A stretch of 61,064 nt of DNA, the filler included. It is 4 parts of 4 records of this genome, joined end to end, with 100 filler letters (N's around TTAATTAATTAA, not from the genome) between each part and the next. Parts side by side here need not be neighbours in the genome. Positions count along the whole stretch, not along the records: positions 14,393 to 35,005 come from SRR22947725_4550; 3 more parts are not named here. One strand, written 5' to 3'. A model generated the notes under the pieces. It searched no databases. It had not been told where the DNA came from and saw only the letters and a list, made by a program, of their open reading frames with translations. The number at the start of each line of letters is the position of its first letter. Position 1 is the stretch's first letter. The translations under genes were made by a program, and so were the position numbers. Shown here piece by piece: positions 21,530 to 31,458 of the stretch.

Positions 21530-22819
21530 ATGAAGAAAATCACCCTATTACTATTTATTTTTAACACCGTTGCATTTGCGACAACTCCACCAGAGGGTTT
21601 CACTTCTCTTTTTAATGGTAAAGATTTAACAGGATGGTGGGGGCTCAAGACAGAAGATCCAAGCAAATGGCTATCTCTCCCGCAGGAAAAGTTCAAAGCT
21701 AAATGGGAAGCGAGTCAAAAAGACATTCATAAGCATTGGCGAGTGAAGAATGGCATTTTAATTAATGACGGTCATGGCTTATTCTTATCTACCGAGAAAA
21801 ATTACGGTGATTTCGAATTAATGCTTGAATACAAGACAGTTGCAGGTGCAGACAGTGGGATTTATCTTCGTGGAGTTCCCCAAGTTCAAATTTGGGATAC
21901 AAGCAAAGAAGGTGGGAAATGGAAACTTGGTGCAGATAAGGGTTCGGGGGGGCTGTGGAATAACGGTCCTTCTGGGACAAGGGGACGAGACCCTCTGCTT
22001 TATGCAGATAAACCTTTTGGGGAATGGAATCATTTCCACATATCAATGACGGGCAATCTTGTTTCGGTTCGATTAAATGAAAAATTGGTAGTGCATCGTG
22101 CACCGCTCACTAATTATTGGGATCGTAAGACCAACATCAAAAATAGAAAACCACTTACCAGTAAGGGCCCCATCCAGCTTCAAACTCATGGCGGGGAAAT
22201 AATGTGGAGAAATATTTTCATAAAAGAATTAAATTCGAGTTGTTGTGACGAGGAAGACTTCAAAACGGTATTCAATGGCAAGAACTTAGATGAATGGATG
22301 GGGGAAACCAGTCATTACCAGGTGCTCGATGGTTCAATTCAATGTAAACAGGGAAAAGGCGGGACTATTTTCACGAAAGAAAAGTACCAGGATTTTATTG
22401 TTAGCCTAGAATTTAAACTTCCCCCAGGCGGAAACAATGGTTTGGCAATCCGTTATCCGGGAAAAGGAAATGCATCATCCAGTGGAATGTGCGAACTGCA
22501 AGTACTCGATAACAATCACAAGAAGTACACAAAGCTCGACCCCAGGCAATACCACGGATCTGCTTATGGTATATCACCAGCACGTCGTGGTTTCCTTAAT
22601 AAAACGGGGGAATGGAACAAGCAGGAAGTCACCGTGGTTGGTTCTCAGATAGTCGTATTATTGAACGGTAGCTTGATCTTGGATGCAGATTTATCAAAAG
22701 TGGAGAGCTTTATGGGAAAATCCAAGCATCCGGGGCTTTTATTAAAAGAAGGTCATTTCGGATTTGCAGGACACAATGACCCGGTCTCGTTTAGAAATAT
22801 AAGAATTAAACGATTGTAG
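21530..22819 (+). CDS. Secreted protein with two tandem DUF1080 (3-keto-disaccharide hydrolase-like) domains
   Basis: Signal peptide and two LFNGK.L..W starts. DSGIYLRG/NNGLAIR, Q(I/V).D, GEWN and G.I.LQ.H/G.F..AGH..V.FRNI motifs. Confidence 0.9.
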   Translation: MKKITLLLFIFNTVAFATTPPEGFTSLFNGKDLTGWWGLKTEDPSKWLSLPQEKFKAKWEASQKDIHKHWRVKNGILINDGHGLFLSTEKNYGDFELMLEYKTVAGADSGIYLRGVPQVQIWDTSKEGGKWKLGADKGSGGLWNNGPSGTRGRDPLLYADKPFGEWNHFHISMTGNLVSVRLNEKLVVHRAPLTNYWDRKTNIKNRKPLTSKGPIQLQTHGGEIMWRNIFIKELNSSCCDEEDFKTVFNGKNLDEWMGETSHYQVLDGSIQCKQGKGGTIFTKEKYQDFIVSLEFKLPPGGNNGLAIRYPGKGNASSSGMCELQVLDNNHKKYTKLDPRQYHGSAYGISPARRGFLNKTGEWNKQEVTVVGSQIVVLLNGSLILDADLSKVESFMGKSKHPGLLLKEGHFGFAGHNDPVSFRNIRIKRL

Positions 22820-22825
22820 GAAGGC

Positions 22826-23035
22826 TTATTCTAGCCCGAGAGATAATAGTATCCTAAAGAGCATTATCTCGCTCCCTGTGAAGACTAGAAATACAAATAA
22901 CGAGACCCAAAATATTTTGTTATAAAGAGCATAGTTTTTAGCAAAAAATATAACTGGTAATATCCCCAATCGAATTAGGCAAAGCGTATTAATCAATAAA
23001 AGAATCCAGCCAGTAATGTACATCCATAAGGGCAT
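22826..23035 (-). CDS. Small two-TM hypothetical protein
   Basis: Two hydrophobic stretches; fills the gap between neighbours. Start uncertain (ATG 23035 or upstream). Confidence 0.45.
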   Translation of the reverse strand: MPLWMYITGWILLLINTLCLIRLGILPVIFFAKNYALYNKIFWVSLFVFLVFTGSEIMLFRILLSLGLE

Positions 23036-23131
23036 TACTATGGTGGTAATGGTTTTATTACATCTTACAACTGTAAAGCCATTGATCAGCAAAGATTGAT
23101 TGATTTTGATAAATACGATACTGAATGATCC

Positions 23132-24118
23132 ATGTTCGGCGGATCAAAATTAAATGGGGGTAATAAAAGACGGGATAATCATCCTGCCTTTCAGGATATA
23201 TGTAAGTCCTGCAGTCTAGAACTGAGGGAAAAGGGATACGAAAACGAAGTTTACCTATTAACTGGAGGGGTAGGAATTAAACTATTGAGCAATACTCATC
23301 CGTCTCTTGCTCACATCGCCCACCTTCCTATTATTGAATTCGACTTTGATTACCCTGGAGAACCGTTACTGGAACATCTTTCCTTTTTTCAACTACAGGG
23401 ACTCAGGTTCTCGCAGTCCAAACTAAAGACATTTTCACAACTGGAACAGTTTAGCCTGATGAAGTTACACCTGGATGGAGTATCGGCCACCGACTTCAAT
23501 TCATTATCTAACCACCCATTAAAAGAACTTTCCCTGCGCAAAACTGTAGTTCAATCTCTCGATTTCCTCCATTCGTGTGAAATCGAGGTTATTTATCTCT
23601 CTAATACCCGCGTAGATGAAAAATCCCTGGAATCATTAAAAGGTAAGCCATTAGAGAAGGTCGATCTGTTTAAATGTGAAATATCAGATTTATCAAGCCT
23701 CGCAGATTCCCCCTTAGAAGAGTTGGTGATTAGCGGAACCTCTGTGCAGTCATTGGAAGTACTCTCGTCATGCCCGTTAAGGAAACTAGAAATGCGAGCG
23801 ACTCAAGTTGTAGACTTAAGCCCCCTTGCAAGCTGCCCGCTCGAGATTTTACATCTACCTGGATCGCCAGTTACATCACTCAGTCCAATTTCTCATTGCC
23901 CGATCGTGGAGTTAAATATTGCAGGATTGAAACCGAACGAACTTGCACCACTTCTTTCTCTACCATTGAAAAAGCTAGTAATTTCAAAAAGTAATCTAAC
24001 GGAGGAGGACGTTATGATTTTAAAACAATTACCACTAAAAACATTAGTCGCACCCGGTGACCCGGAAAATCAAACGCCAGAGGAATTCTTCACTAGTTGG
24101 ACAGAATTACGAGACTAA
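23132..24118 (+). CDS. Leucine-rich-repeat protein with about 10 repeats of roughly 21 aa
   Basis: Repeats of type PLxxLxLxxTxVxDLSPLxxx, for example PLRKLEMRATQVVDLSPLASC and PLEILHLPGSPVTSLSPISHC. Confidence 0.85.
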   Translation: MFGGSKLNGGNKRRDNHPAFQDICKSCSLELREKGYENEVYLLTGGVGIKLLSNTHPSLAHIAHLPIIEFDFDYPGEPLLEHLSFFQLQGLRFSQSKLKTFSQLEQFSLMKLHLDGVSATDFNSLSNHPLKELSLRKTVVQSLDFLHSCEIEVIYLSNTRVDEKSLESLKGKPLEKVDLFKCEISDLSSLADSPLEELVISGTSVQSLEVLSSCPLRKLEMRATQVVDLSPLASCPLEILHLPGSPVTSLSPISHCPIVELNIAGLKPNELAPLLSLPLKKLVISKSNLTEEDVMILKQLPLKTLVAPGDPENQTPEEFFTSWTELRD

Positions 24119-24166
24119 TAATATTCAGAACTTGTCCCCCGCAATCATATTGAATAGGTTATCTTG

Positions 24167-25618
24167 ATGCCCAACCGTTCATTACGAGATATTAAAGATT
24201 ACTACGACGTTATCGTAGTGGGGAGTGGCTTGGGCGGATTGACCGGAGCCAACATTCTTGCCAAGCAAGGGCATTCCGTGCTTTTGCTTGAACACCACTA
24301 CCAATTCGGAGGTTTAGCAACGTGGTTCAAGAGAGCAGGGGGACATATTTTTGATATTTCACTTCATGGATTTCCCGTCGGAATGATCAAGTCATGCCGA
24401 AGGTATTGGACTAAAGAAATCGCGGATTCAATTGTTCAATTAAAAAACATCCGATTTGTAAATCCACAGTATGATCTAAAGACAACATTTGACCGGATAG
24501 ATTTCACACAAATCCTGCAAGATTCATTTCAAGTGGCACGCAGTAAGATTGAGGATTTCTTTGAGCACTTACGCACAATGGATTATTTTGCAAAGGATGG
24601 TCGAACTATTGGCGACTTGTTTGAACAATTCTTTCCTGGCAGAGATGATATCAAAAGGCTACTGCTTGAACCAATTGCCTATGCCAATGGTTCCTCGCTC
24701 AAGGACCCGGCGATTGCGTACGGGATAGTGTTTACCAACTTCATGAGAAAGGGAATTTACACCTTTAAAGATGGGACTGACTCACTCATTAAGAAAATGG
24801 TCAGTGAATTAAGGGGAAATGGAGCAGACTTAAGGAGACAATGTAACGTGGAGTCGCTGTTAACTGAAGAACATGACGGTCAGCACCATGTCTCGGGAGT
24901 TGTAGTAAATGGGCAGAAGGTTAACTGTGGAGCAGTTTTATCAAATGCAAATTTAAAAAATACCATTGAGAAACTTCTTGGCCTTTCCAAACTGCCCGCC
25001 TCCTTTGCAAAAGAAGCATCTTCTGTACGGCTTAACTCTACTTCTTGCCAAGTCTACATTGGTCTCAAGAAGGGTCAGTCGATTCCTGAGGTGGGTGATT
25101 TGATCTTCACTTCAGAAGCAAATTCATTCTCCACTGAGGAATTAACTGATTTTTATACAACTAGCAGAACATTCTCCGTTTATTATCCTGACACTCGCCC
25201 AAACAGAAAAGACCCAATGTATAGCATTGTGGCCTCGATTAATGCCAAGTGGCAGGATTGGAATAATCTCTCCGAAGAGGATTACAAGAAAGAAAAAGAG
25301 CGTTTATGCGAGGAATCACTAGTCGCTCTCGAGAAAATCATCCCTGATATCCGTGGCAAAGTGGACCACATCGAGGCCGCTACTCCGCGAACCATTCAAT
25401 ACTACACGCAACATGCATCGGGAGCGTCTTTTGGTACGAAGTTCGAGGGTCTGGATGTATCTTCTTCGTTACCGGATCATGCCCCGGGGTTATTTCACGC
25501 CGGTTCTGTCGGAATTATTATGTCAGGCTGGCTAGGGACAATGAATTATGGGGTTATTACTGCGAACAAAGTGGATAGTTTTCTGCGTAGTAAATTGAGC
25601 AGTAAGCACCAAGACTAA
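24167..25618 (+). CDS. FAD-dependent oxidoreductase, phytoene-desaturase (CrtI)-like family
   Basis: GSGLGG dinucleotide fold, LLE.H...GG, EAATPRT and GLFHAGS..G..G motifs. No carotenoid genes adjacent. Confidence 0.85.
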   Translation: MPNRSLRDIKDYYDVIVVGSGLGGLTGANILAKQGHSVLLLEHHYQFGGLATWFKRAGGHIFDISLHGFPVGMIKSCRRYWTKEIADSIVQLKNIRFVNPQYDLKTTFDRIDFTQILQDSFQVARSKIEDFFEHLRTMDYFAKDGRTIGDLFEQFFPGRDDIKRLLLEPIAYANGSSLKDPAIAYGIVFTNFMRKGIYTFKDGTDSLIKKMVSELRGNGADLRRQCNVESLLTEEHDGQHHVSGVVVNGQKVNCGAVLSNANLKNTIEKLLGLSKLPASFAKEASSVRLNSTSCQVYIGLKKGQSIPEVGDLIFTSEANSFSTEELTDFYTTSRTFSVYYPDTRPNRKDPMYSIVASINAKWQDWNNLSEEDYKKEKERLCEESLVALEKIIPDIRGKVDHIEAATPRTIQYYTQHASGASFGTKFEGLDVSSSLPDHAPGLFHAGSVGIIMSGWLGTMNYGVITANKVDSFLRSKLSSKHQD

Positions 25619-25657
25619 AAGAACATCTCTCACTTTTGTAAAAAACAATTAGATTTC

Positions 25658-26095
25658 ATGGAAGAAATACACAGAAGAATACCGCACAGACCACCCTTTT
25701 TATTTATTGATAAAATTCTAGACATCACAGAAACTGGTGCCACAGCTTCCCTTTCGGTCCGTGCTGATCTCCCTTTCTTTGAAGGTCATTATCCCGGCAA
25801 CCCGATTATGCCCGGCGTATTACTTTGTGAATCTGTATTTCAGACTGGCGCAATATTCCTTGCGGACTACTTGAAGAACCAATCGCTCAAGGATGAGCAT
25901 GTAACTCCAGTTCTATCCAGAATTCGAGATGCCCGGTTTAAGCGAATGGTTTTACCGGGAGATGAAATTGAGATTTCGGTTTCATTAAAAGATCAAATCG
26001 GACAGTTTTATAATTTAACTGGTGAAATTAAAAATAAAGGAAAAACTGCATTAACGATCTCATTCGCACTCGCACTTGTGAAAAATCAAGAGTGA
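25658..26095 (+). CDS. fabZ: 3-hydroxyacyl-ACP dehydratase, FabZ family
   Basis: PHRPPFLFID and FFEGHYPGNPIMPGVLLCE (catalytic His/Glu). Confidence 0.88.
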   Translation: MEEIHRRIPHRPPFLFIDKILDITETGATASLSVRADLPFFEGHYPGNPIMPGVLLCESVFQTGAIFLADYLKNQSLKDEHVTPVLSRIRDARFKRMVLPGDEIEISVSLKDQIGQFYNLTGEIKNKGKTALTISFALALVKNQE

Positions 26096-26099
26096 ATCT

Positions 26100-26912
26100 A
26101 TGAGCTTCCTTGATATTAATGGCAAAACATTTTTGGTTGCTGGCGTTGCGAACCGCAAAAGCATTGCCTTTGTAGTCAGTCAACTTCTTGAATCTGAAGG
26201 CGCAAGGGTTATTTATTCCGTTCGAAGTCAAAAGCGGAAGGATGAACTGCAAAAATACCTTAAAGAAAGTACGATTTTAATCTGTGACTTTGAAGAGGAG
26301 GACCAAATCACTGATCTCGGTTCTGCATTAAAAGAGGTCTTACAAGAAGAAAAATTGAGTGGTGTACTTCATTCAATTGCCTTTGCTAATTTCTCAGAAG
26401 GCTTACAACCTTTTCACAAAACCAAACGAAAAGATTACTTACAAGCGACTCAAATATCTTCCTTCTCACTTATTGAACTGGCAAATGTTTGTAAACCACT
26501 TCTCTGCCCAGATGCATCAATCGTTACTATCGGAATCTCCTCTACAACGGTAACGGCTGAAAACTATGGTTACATGGCCCCCATTAAGGCTGCCCTTGAG
26601 ACTTCGGTCCGATACCTCGCGAAATCATTCTCCCGAGACAGTCAAGTCAGGTTTAACTCGGTGAATGCAGGGCCTCTCAAGACAAGTGCATCTGCTGGAA
26701 TACCAGGATATTTAGTTAATTATTTATACGCTGAAAAATTAACCTTTCGAAAAAAAGCATTATCCACAAAAGAGGTTTCGAACCTGGCCGCTTTTCTGTT
26801 AAGCCCATGTTCTTCGGGAATCAATGGACAGGGAATAGTAATAGACGCCGGTATGGGTTTTAATTACTTTGATAAGGATGTGGTTGAATCTACAATGAAA
26901 ATCGATGAGTAA
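26100..26912 (+). CDS. fabI: Enoyl-ACP reductase, FabI-like
   Basis: GVANRKSIA, HSIAF, YGYMAPIKAAL (Y-x6-K) and AGPLKT motifs. Confidence 0.85.
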   Translation: MSFLDINGKTFLVAGVANRKSIAFVVSQLLESEGARVIYSVRSQKRKDELQKYLKESTILICDFEEEDQITDLGSALKEVLQEEKLSGVLHSIAFANFSEGLQPFHKTKRKDYLQATQISSFSLIELANVCKPLLCPDASIVTIGISSTTVTAENYGYMAPIKAALETSVRYLAKSFSRDSQVRFNSVNAGPLKTSASAGIPGYLVNYLYAEKLTFRKKALSTKEVSNLAAFLLSPCSSGINGQGIVIDAGMGFNYFDKDVVESTMKIDE

Positions 26913-27939
26913 AGTTTTCACACAAGTTGCGATTGAAGCAATGGCGACCGCTTTACCACAGGAAGTCTTCTCCTCGAAGGAGATTGAAAATGAACTTTCC
27001 CCGCTTTATGAACGCCTAAAACTACCGAAGGGTCGGCTTGAATTAATGACTGGAATCAAAGAAAGAAGGTTCTGGCCATCCAATCATCGCCCCTCGACAG
27101 CCTCGGCAGAAGCGGGGAAGAAAATACTGGATCAGGGCGTGTCACCCAATGAGATCGATCTTCTTATCCATTCATCCGTTTGCCGGGATCGACTTGAGCC
27201 TGCCACTGCATCCTATGTGCACAACCTACTAGACTTAAGTGGAGACACACAAATTCTCGATATTTCAAACGCCTGCCTTGGATTTATCAATGCGGTAGTA
27301 CTGGCTGCCAGTATGATTGAGTCAGGGCAAATAAATAGAGCGATGATTGTAGCCGGAGAAAACGGGAAGCCATTAGTCGACCGAACCATTAAAATACTCA
27401 ACCAGGGAGAATTAAACCGTAAGGAGATAAAGCCTTTTTTTGCAAACTTAACCATAGGTGCGGGTGCGGTGGCGTGGACATTAGTTAATAAAAAATTAAC
27501 CTCCTCAGATCGTCCCACACTCGGGACATTTTCATGTGAGACTGATACGTCCTACAACCACCTTTGTGAAGGCGACTCCTCAGGGGACGAACTTGTCATG
27601 CAAACCGACTCAGAAGAACTTCTACATGCTGGAATTTCGGTAGCCAAAAGGGCTTGGGCGAAATTTATGGCACTGAGCAAATGGACTCCATCGAGCCCTG
27701 AGTTAATCACCACTCACCAGGTTGGAAAAGTACATACACAAACCCTCTTTAATGCACTTGAACTTGATTCGTCCAAAAATTACTCCACTTTTGAAACGCT
27801 GGGGAATTGTGGTTCTGTATCTTTGCCACTTACCTATACGCAGGCATGTGAGGACTCTCCGCAGAGAGTAAATGAGAAGGCGGTCCTGCTTGGCATCGGA
27901 AGTGGGTTGTCCAGCCTCATGCTATCAATCAACTCTTGA
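26905..27939 (+). CDS. oleA: OleA-like acyl-CoA condensing enzyme (3-oxoacyl-ACP synthase III family)
   Basis: EPATAS (OleA Glu), ISNACLGF (Cys), THQV (His), GNCGS and LGIGSGL motifs. Followed by an OleB-like gene. Confidence 0.85.
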   Translation: MSKVFTQVAIEAMATALPQEVFSSKEIENELSPLYERLKLPKGRLELMTGIKERRFWPSNHRPSTASAEAGKKILDQGVSPNEIDLLIHSSVCRDRLEPATASYVHNLLDLSGDTQILDISNACLGFINAVVLAASMIESGQINRAMIVAGENGKPLVDRTIKILNQGELNRKEIKPFFANLTIGAGAVAWTLVNKKLTSSDRPTLGTFSCETDTSYNHLCEGDSSGDELVMQTDSEELLHAGISVAKRAWAKFMALSKWTPSSPELITTHQVGKVHTQTLFNALELDSSKNYSTFETLGNCGSVSLPLTYTQACEDSPQRVNEKAVLLGIGSGLSSLMLSINS

Positions 27940-28820
27940 AAATTCACCCCTCACTTGCCGAGCAATACCCTTTCGAGGGGAATTCGTTTAAAACAAAAAG
28001 CAGTTATAATCTCCATTACTTAGATGAAGGGGAGGGCAAAGGCGTTCCCACTCTATTTCTGCATGGCAACCCGACGTGGTCCTTTTTTTACCGCCGTTTA
28101 ATACTGGCACTGAGGGAGCATGGAAGGTGCATAGTGCCGGATCATATTGGTTGCGGTTTATCTGATAAGCCGGCTTATCCTGATTTTCAATATAACCTCG
28201 AGAGTCATGGTCAGAATATCATTGATTTACTGGACCACTTAAAGATCGATCGCATTCGCTTAGTTGTGCATGACTGGGGTGGAGCGATTGGATTGTCGGC
28301 TTTTCGAAATCAGCCCGAAAGGATTGAGAAGATTGTATTGATGAACACCGCGGCATTTCCATCAAGGGATGTACCCTTACGAATTCTATTATGTCGATTG
28401 CCGATTTTAGGTGCTTTACTTGTTCGAGGACTCAATGGATTTGCAGCACCTGCAACTGTAATGGCAGTAAAAGAAACCCTTCCACGCCCGGTCAAGATAG
28501 GCTTTTTGTACCCGTACCATAATTGGGAAAATCGCGTAGCAGTTTGGCGGTTTGTTAAAGATATTCCTTATGAAAAGAATCACCCCACATTGCCATTATT
28601 AAAAGAAACTTCAGATTCTCTTGCTTCCTACAACAAGACACCGGTACTGGCCTGCTGGGGAATGAAAGATTTCTGCTTTCATCCTGGATTCCTGAAAGAA
28701 TGGGAGAAAAGATTACCCCATATTAAATCCCACGAATTCCCCAACTCTGGGCATTATTTACTCGAAGATGATTTCGAGGGGTGTAGATCTAAAATTGAGC
28801 CTTTTCTTTTTGGAAAATAA
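27936..28820 (+). CDS. oleB: OleB-like beta-lactone decarboxylase (haloalkane dehalogenase fold)
   Basis: HGNPTWSF, PDHIGCGLSDKP, VHDWGG, WGMKDFCF and GHYLLED motifs. 4-nt overlap with oleA. Confidence 0.82.
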   Translation: MKIHPSLAEQYPFEGNSFKTKSSYNLHYLDEGEGKGVPTLFLHGNPTWSFFYRRLILALREHGRCIVPDHIGCGLSDKPAYPDFQYNLESHGQNIIDLLDHLKIDRIRLVVHDWGGAIGLSAFRNQPERIEKIVLMNTAAFPSRDVPLRILLCRLPILGALLVRGLNGFAAPATVMAVKETLPRPVKIGFLYPYHNWENRVAVWRFVKDIPYEKNHPTLPLLKETSDSLASYNKTPVLACWGMKDFCFHPGFLKEWEKRLPHIKSHEFPNSGHYLLEDDFEGCRSKIEPFLFGK

Positions 28821-28871
28821 TATCCTTCGTTGAAACTTGCATTTCTTTGATTGGAAGATCAAATTATTACT

Positions 28872-29093
28872 ATGAGTCAAAGGAAACCATTAAGGAGTAG
28901 AGAGGAAAGAACTCATAATGTAGTTTCCATAGAACCCTATGATAATACATCTGACGCATACCGACCCGAGCAACCCAGAAAGCCAGAAACAAGCTTCGGA
29001 TTCTATCTTACAATCGCGGTGATTACCTTTATTACCATTTTCTTTTTTGCAATTTACGAACTCGCGATTGAGACATGGCAAAGGTTGAAGTAA
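28872..29093 (+). CDS. Small single-TM hypothetical protein
   Basis: Hydrophilic N-terminus and one C-terminal hydrophobic helix. Overlaps the xerC start. Confidence 0.55.
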   Translation: MSQRKPLRSREERTHNVVSIEPYDNTSDAYRPEQPRKPETSFGFYLTIAVITFITIFFFAIYELAIETWQRLK

Positions 29094-30016
29094 GCAAAAC
29101 GGATAAGATTGCAGTCTCTCAAGAATGTAAAGAATTCATCGCTCACTTAAAGTTAGAGAGAAGACTGTCTGATTACACTACGCGTAATTACCAGCATGCC
29201 ATTCAAAGTTTCTTCCTCTGGTTGCTACAATGTGAGGGCAGAGTAATCCGACCTGATGAGGTAACTAAAATTCAGTGTCGTTCCTATGTTATTGAAATCC
29301 AAAATAAATATTCTCGTAGAACAATAAGAAATCATGCATCGGGAATTAAAACTTTTTTTAAATTTTGCCTAATTAGGAAATGGATCACAATCAATCCTTT
29401 CCATAATTTAACCTTACCGAAACCAGAAAAACAATTACCTAAATTTCTTTCCGAAAAGCAGGTTTTTAAATTACTGGAACAACCTGCTTCCGCAAAAACA
29501 AGCGATACGAAAATAAGCTTTCATGGACTCCGCGACCTTCTGATCTTAGAGTTACTTTATGCGGGAGGACTTCGAGTCAGTGAATTGATCGGAATAAATT
29601 ATGGGGATATAAACCCAATCGATGGCTCGGTCAAAGTAGTGGGAAAAGGAAACAAGCAACGGATCTGCCCAATTGGGCAAAAGCCACTGAAGACATTGGA
29701 GCAATTCCGTATTCAATACACGAAGGATTCGTCTCCTAGCTCACCAGTCATTATCAATAAGAATGGAAGTAGATTATCGATTCGCTCCGTTCAATTACTG
29801 CTTAAAAAATACTTAAAATCTGCCGAATTACCTATCGATCTGACACCACATAAGATGAGGCACTCGTTCGCTACTCACTTACTTAATAATGGTGCGGACC
29901 TACGTGCCGTTCAAGAGTTACTGGGACACTCCAGTCTCTCGACCACTCAGGTTTATACTCATGTCTCAGTCTCACGATTAAAGCAAGTCCATGGACTGTC
30001 TCACCCACGGGCCTGA
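29075..30016 (+). CDS. xerC: Tyrosine recombinase XerC
   Basis: GLRVSEL, GKGNK, HKMRHSFATH, GADLRAVQELLGH, TTQVYTH and terminal HPRA. Confidence 0.9.
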   Translation: MAKVEVSKTDKIAVSQECKEFIAHLKLERRLSDYTTRNYQHAIQSFFLWLLQCEGRVIRPDEVTKIQCRSYVIEIQNKYSRRTIRNHASGIKTFFKFCLIRKWITINPFHNLTLPKPEKQLPKFLSEKQVFKLLEQPASAKTSDTKISFHGLRDLLILELLYAGGLRVSELIGINYGDINPIDGSVKVVGKGNKQRICPIGQKPLKTLEQFRIQYTKDSSPSSPVIINKNGSRLSIRSVQLLLKKYLKSAELPIDLTPHKMRHSFATHLLNNGADLRAVQELLGHSSLSTTQVYTHVSVSRLKQVHGLSHPRA

Positions 30017-30126
30017 TCAAGCATGACTAAATAGGGCACTGCCCCAGTCTTTTGCCAACCCCTCTTTCTTTCCCAATTAATCAAAAGAAAGTTGATCTAT
30101 TAATATTAAAGTATTGGATAGTTTTA

Positions 30127-30732
30127 ATGAAAAAATTTCTTATTCCAATCCTCGTTATTTCTTCTGCATTAGTTACAGCAAAGCCAATCGATTTTGATTT
30201 TAAAGACCCAAAGGGGGTAAACAACATCATCTTTCAAATGGATGCTCCACTGGAGTCCATTAATGGCTCGGGAGATAGCATAACAGGAAAGGTAACCTTT
30301 GATCCCAAAAAACCCGAGAAAACAAAAGGAACCATTTATCTCGAGTCAAGTAGCCTTCATGTAGGCAATCCAGTCCTAAAAGAACACATGCATGGAGATG
30401 ACTGGCTTGAAGTGAACAAATTTAAACAAATCAAATTTCAACTTTCCAAACTCCATAATATTAGAAAAGTTAAGAATGACATACTCGCAGACGCCAAGGG
30501 GAAAATGTCAATTCGCCACATTACTATTGAGATGGATATACCGGTCAAAATTACTTACCTAAAAGATTTACTGATCAAGAGAAACCGAACCCCGGGTGAC
30601 CTCCTTATACTTCGCTCTAAATTTGTAGTTCAACGAGATGATTTTGATATTCAAAAAGGACAAAGCCTCGACAAGGTTGCAAATGAAATTGAGATCTCTC
30701 TCAACTTGGCTGGTGCGGCTCCCAAAAAGTAA
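30127..30732 (+). CDS. YceI-family periplasmic lipid/polyisoprenoid-binding protein
   Basis: Signal peptide from ATG 30127. H...DWL...F..I.F and F.V.R.DF.I motifs. Confidence 0.8.
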   Translation: MKKFLIPILVISSALVTAKPIDFDFKDPKGVNNIIFQMDAPLESINGSGDSITGKVTFDPKKPEKTKGTIYLESSSLHVGNPVLKEHMHGDDWLEVNKFKQIKFQLSKLHNIRKVKNDILADAKGKMSIRHITIEMDIPVKITYLKDLLIKRNRTPGDLLILRSKFVVQRDDFDIQKGQSLDKVANEIEISLNLAGAAPKK

Positions 30733-30854
30733 ATATTATTTACCCATGAGCATCAAATCGTTGCTCATCAATTCGAAATAGAATGTGTATGACATGTTCT
30801 CGCATTTACTTGTTTGTTTCATTAGTGTATTCCACTTCTATTTAAATATTCAAC

Positions 30855-31454
30855 ATGAACCCGGACAATATTCATCCCATTAACGATCGCATGCTCCAGC
30901 GTAGTGATAAAGAGGGGATGCTTGGTCAGAAAGGGTGCGTATTTTGGTTTTGTGGCCTTTCAGGATCGGGCAAGAGTACACTTGCACTCAACCTTGAGCG
31001 GGATCTTCATAATGCGGGGATTCATTCGGCTGTGCTCGATGGCGACAACTTGAGAAGTTCCTTAAATAAGGACTTGGCTTTCAGTGAGAAGGATCGAGCA
31101 GAGAACCTAAGGCGTGCAAGTGAAGTCGCTAAGATCCTATTGTCGAATGGCCTTGTAGTGCTTGGATCTTTTATTTCGCCCAAAAAAGAATTTAGGGAAT
31201 TTGCTCGTAGTATTATCGGGAAAGAATCATTTCGGGAGATTTATATCAAAGCCCCTTTTGAAATATGCCAGAACAGAGACGTGAAGGGATTGTACGCAAA
31301 AGTTCAATCGGGGGAGATTAAGGACTTTACTGGTTCATCATCTGCTTTTGAAGAGCCCATTAATCCATGGCTTACTATTGAGACAGATTTAGAATCACCA
31401 GAGGAGTCATCCCAAAAACTCTTTGATCGAATCATTAAAGAGGTTCGAAACTAA
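30855..31454 (+). CDS. cysC: Adenylyl-sulfate kinase
   Basis: GLSGSGKST, LDGDNLR, RDVKGLY and FTG..S.FE.P motifs. Confidence 0.96.
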   Translation: MNPDNIHPINDRMLQRSDKEGMLGQKGCVFWFCGLSGSGKSTLALNLERDLHNAGIHSAVLDGDNLRSSLNKDLAFSEKDRAENLRRASEVAKILLSNGLVVLGSFISPKKEFREFARSIIGKESFREIYIKAPFEICQNRDVKGLYAKVQSGEIKDFTGSSSAFEEPINPWLTIETDLESPEESSQKLFDRIIKEVRN

Positions 31455-31458
31455 TTTT

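Noticed and set aside
24167-25618. Carotenoid biosynthesis (crtI)
   Set aside because: No crtB, crtE or crtY nearby; the context is fatty-acid and ole genes.
29075-30016. Phage/ICE integrase
   Set aside because: Motifs and the HPRA terminus match housekeeping XerC. No att sites or cargo genes adjacent.
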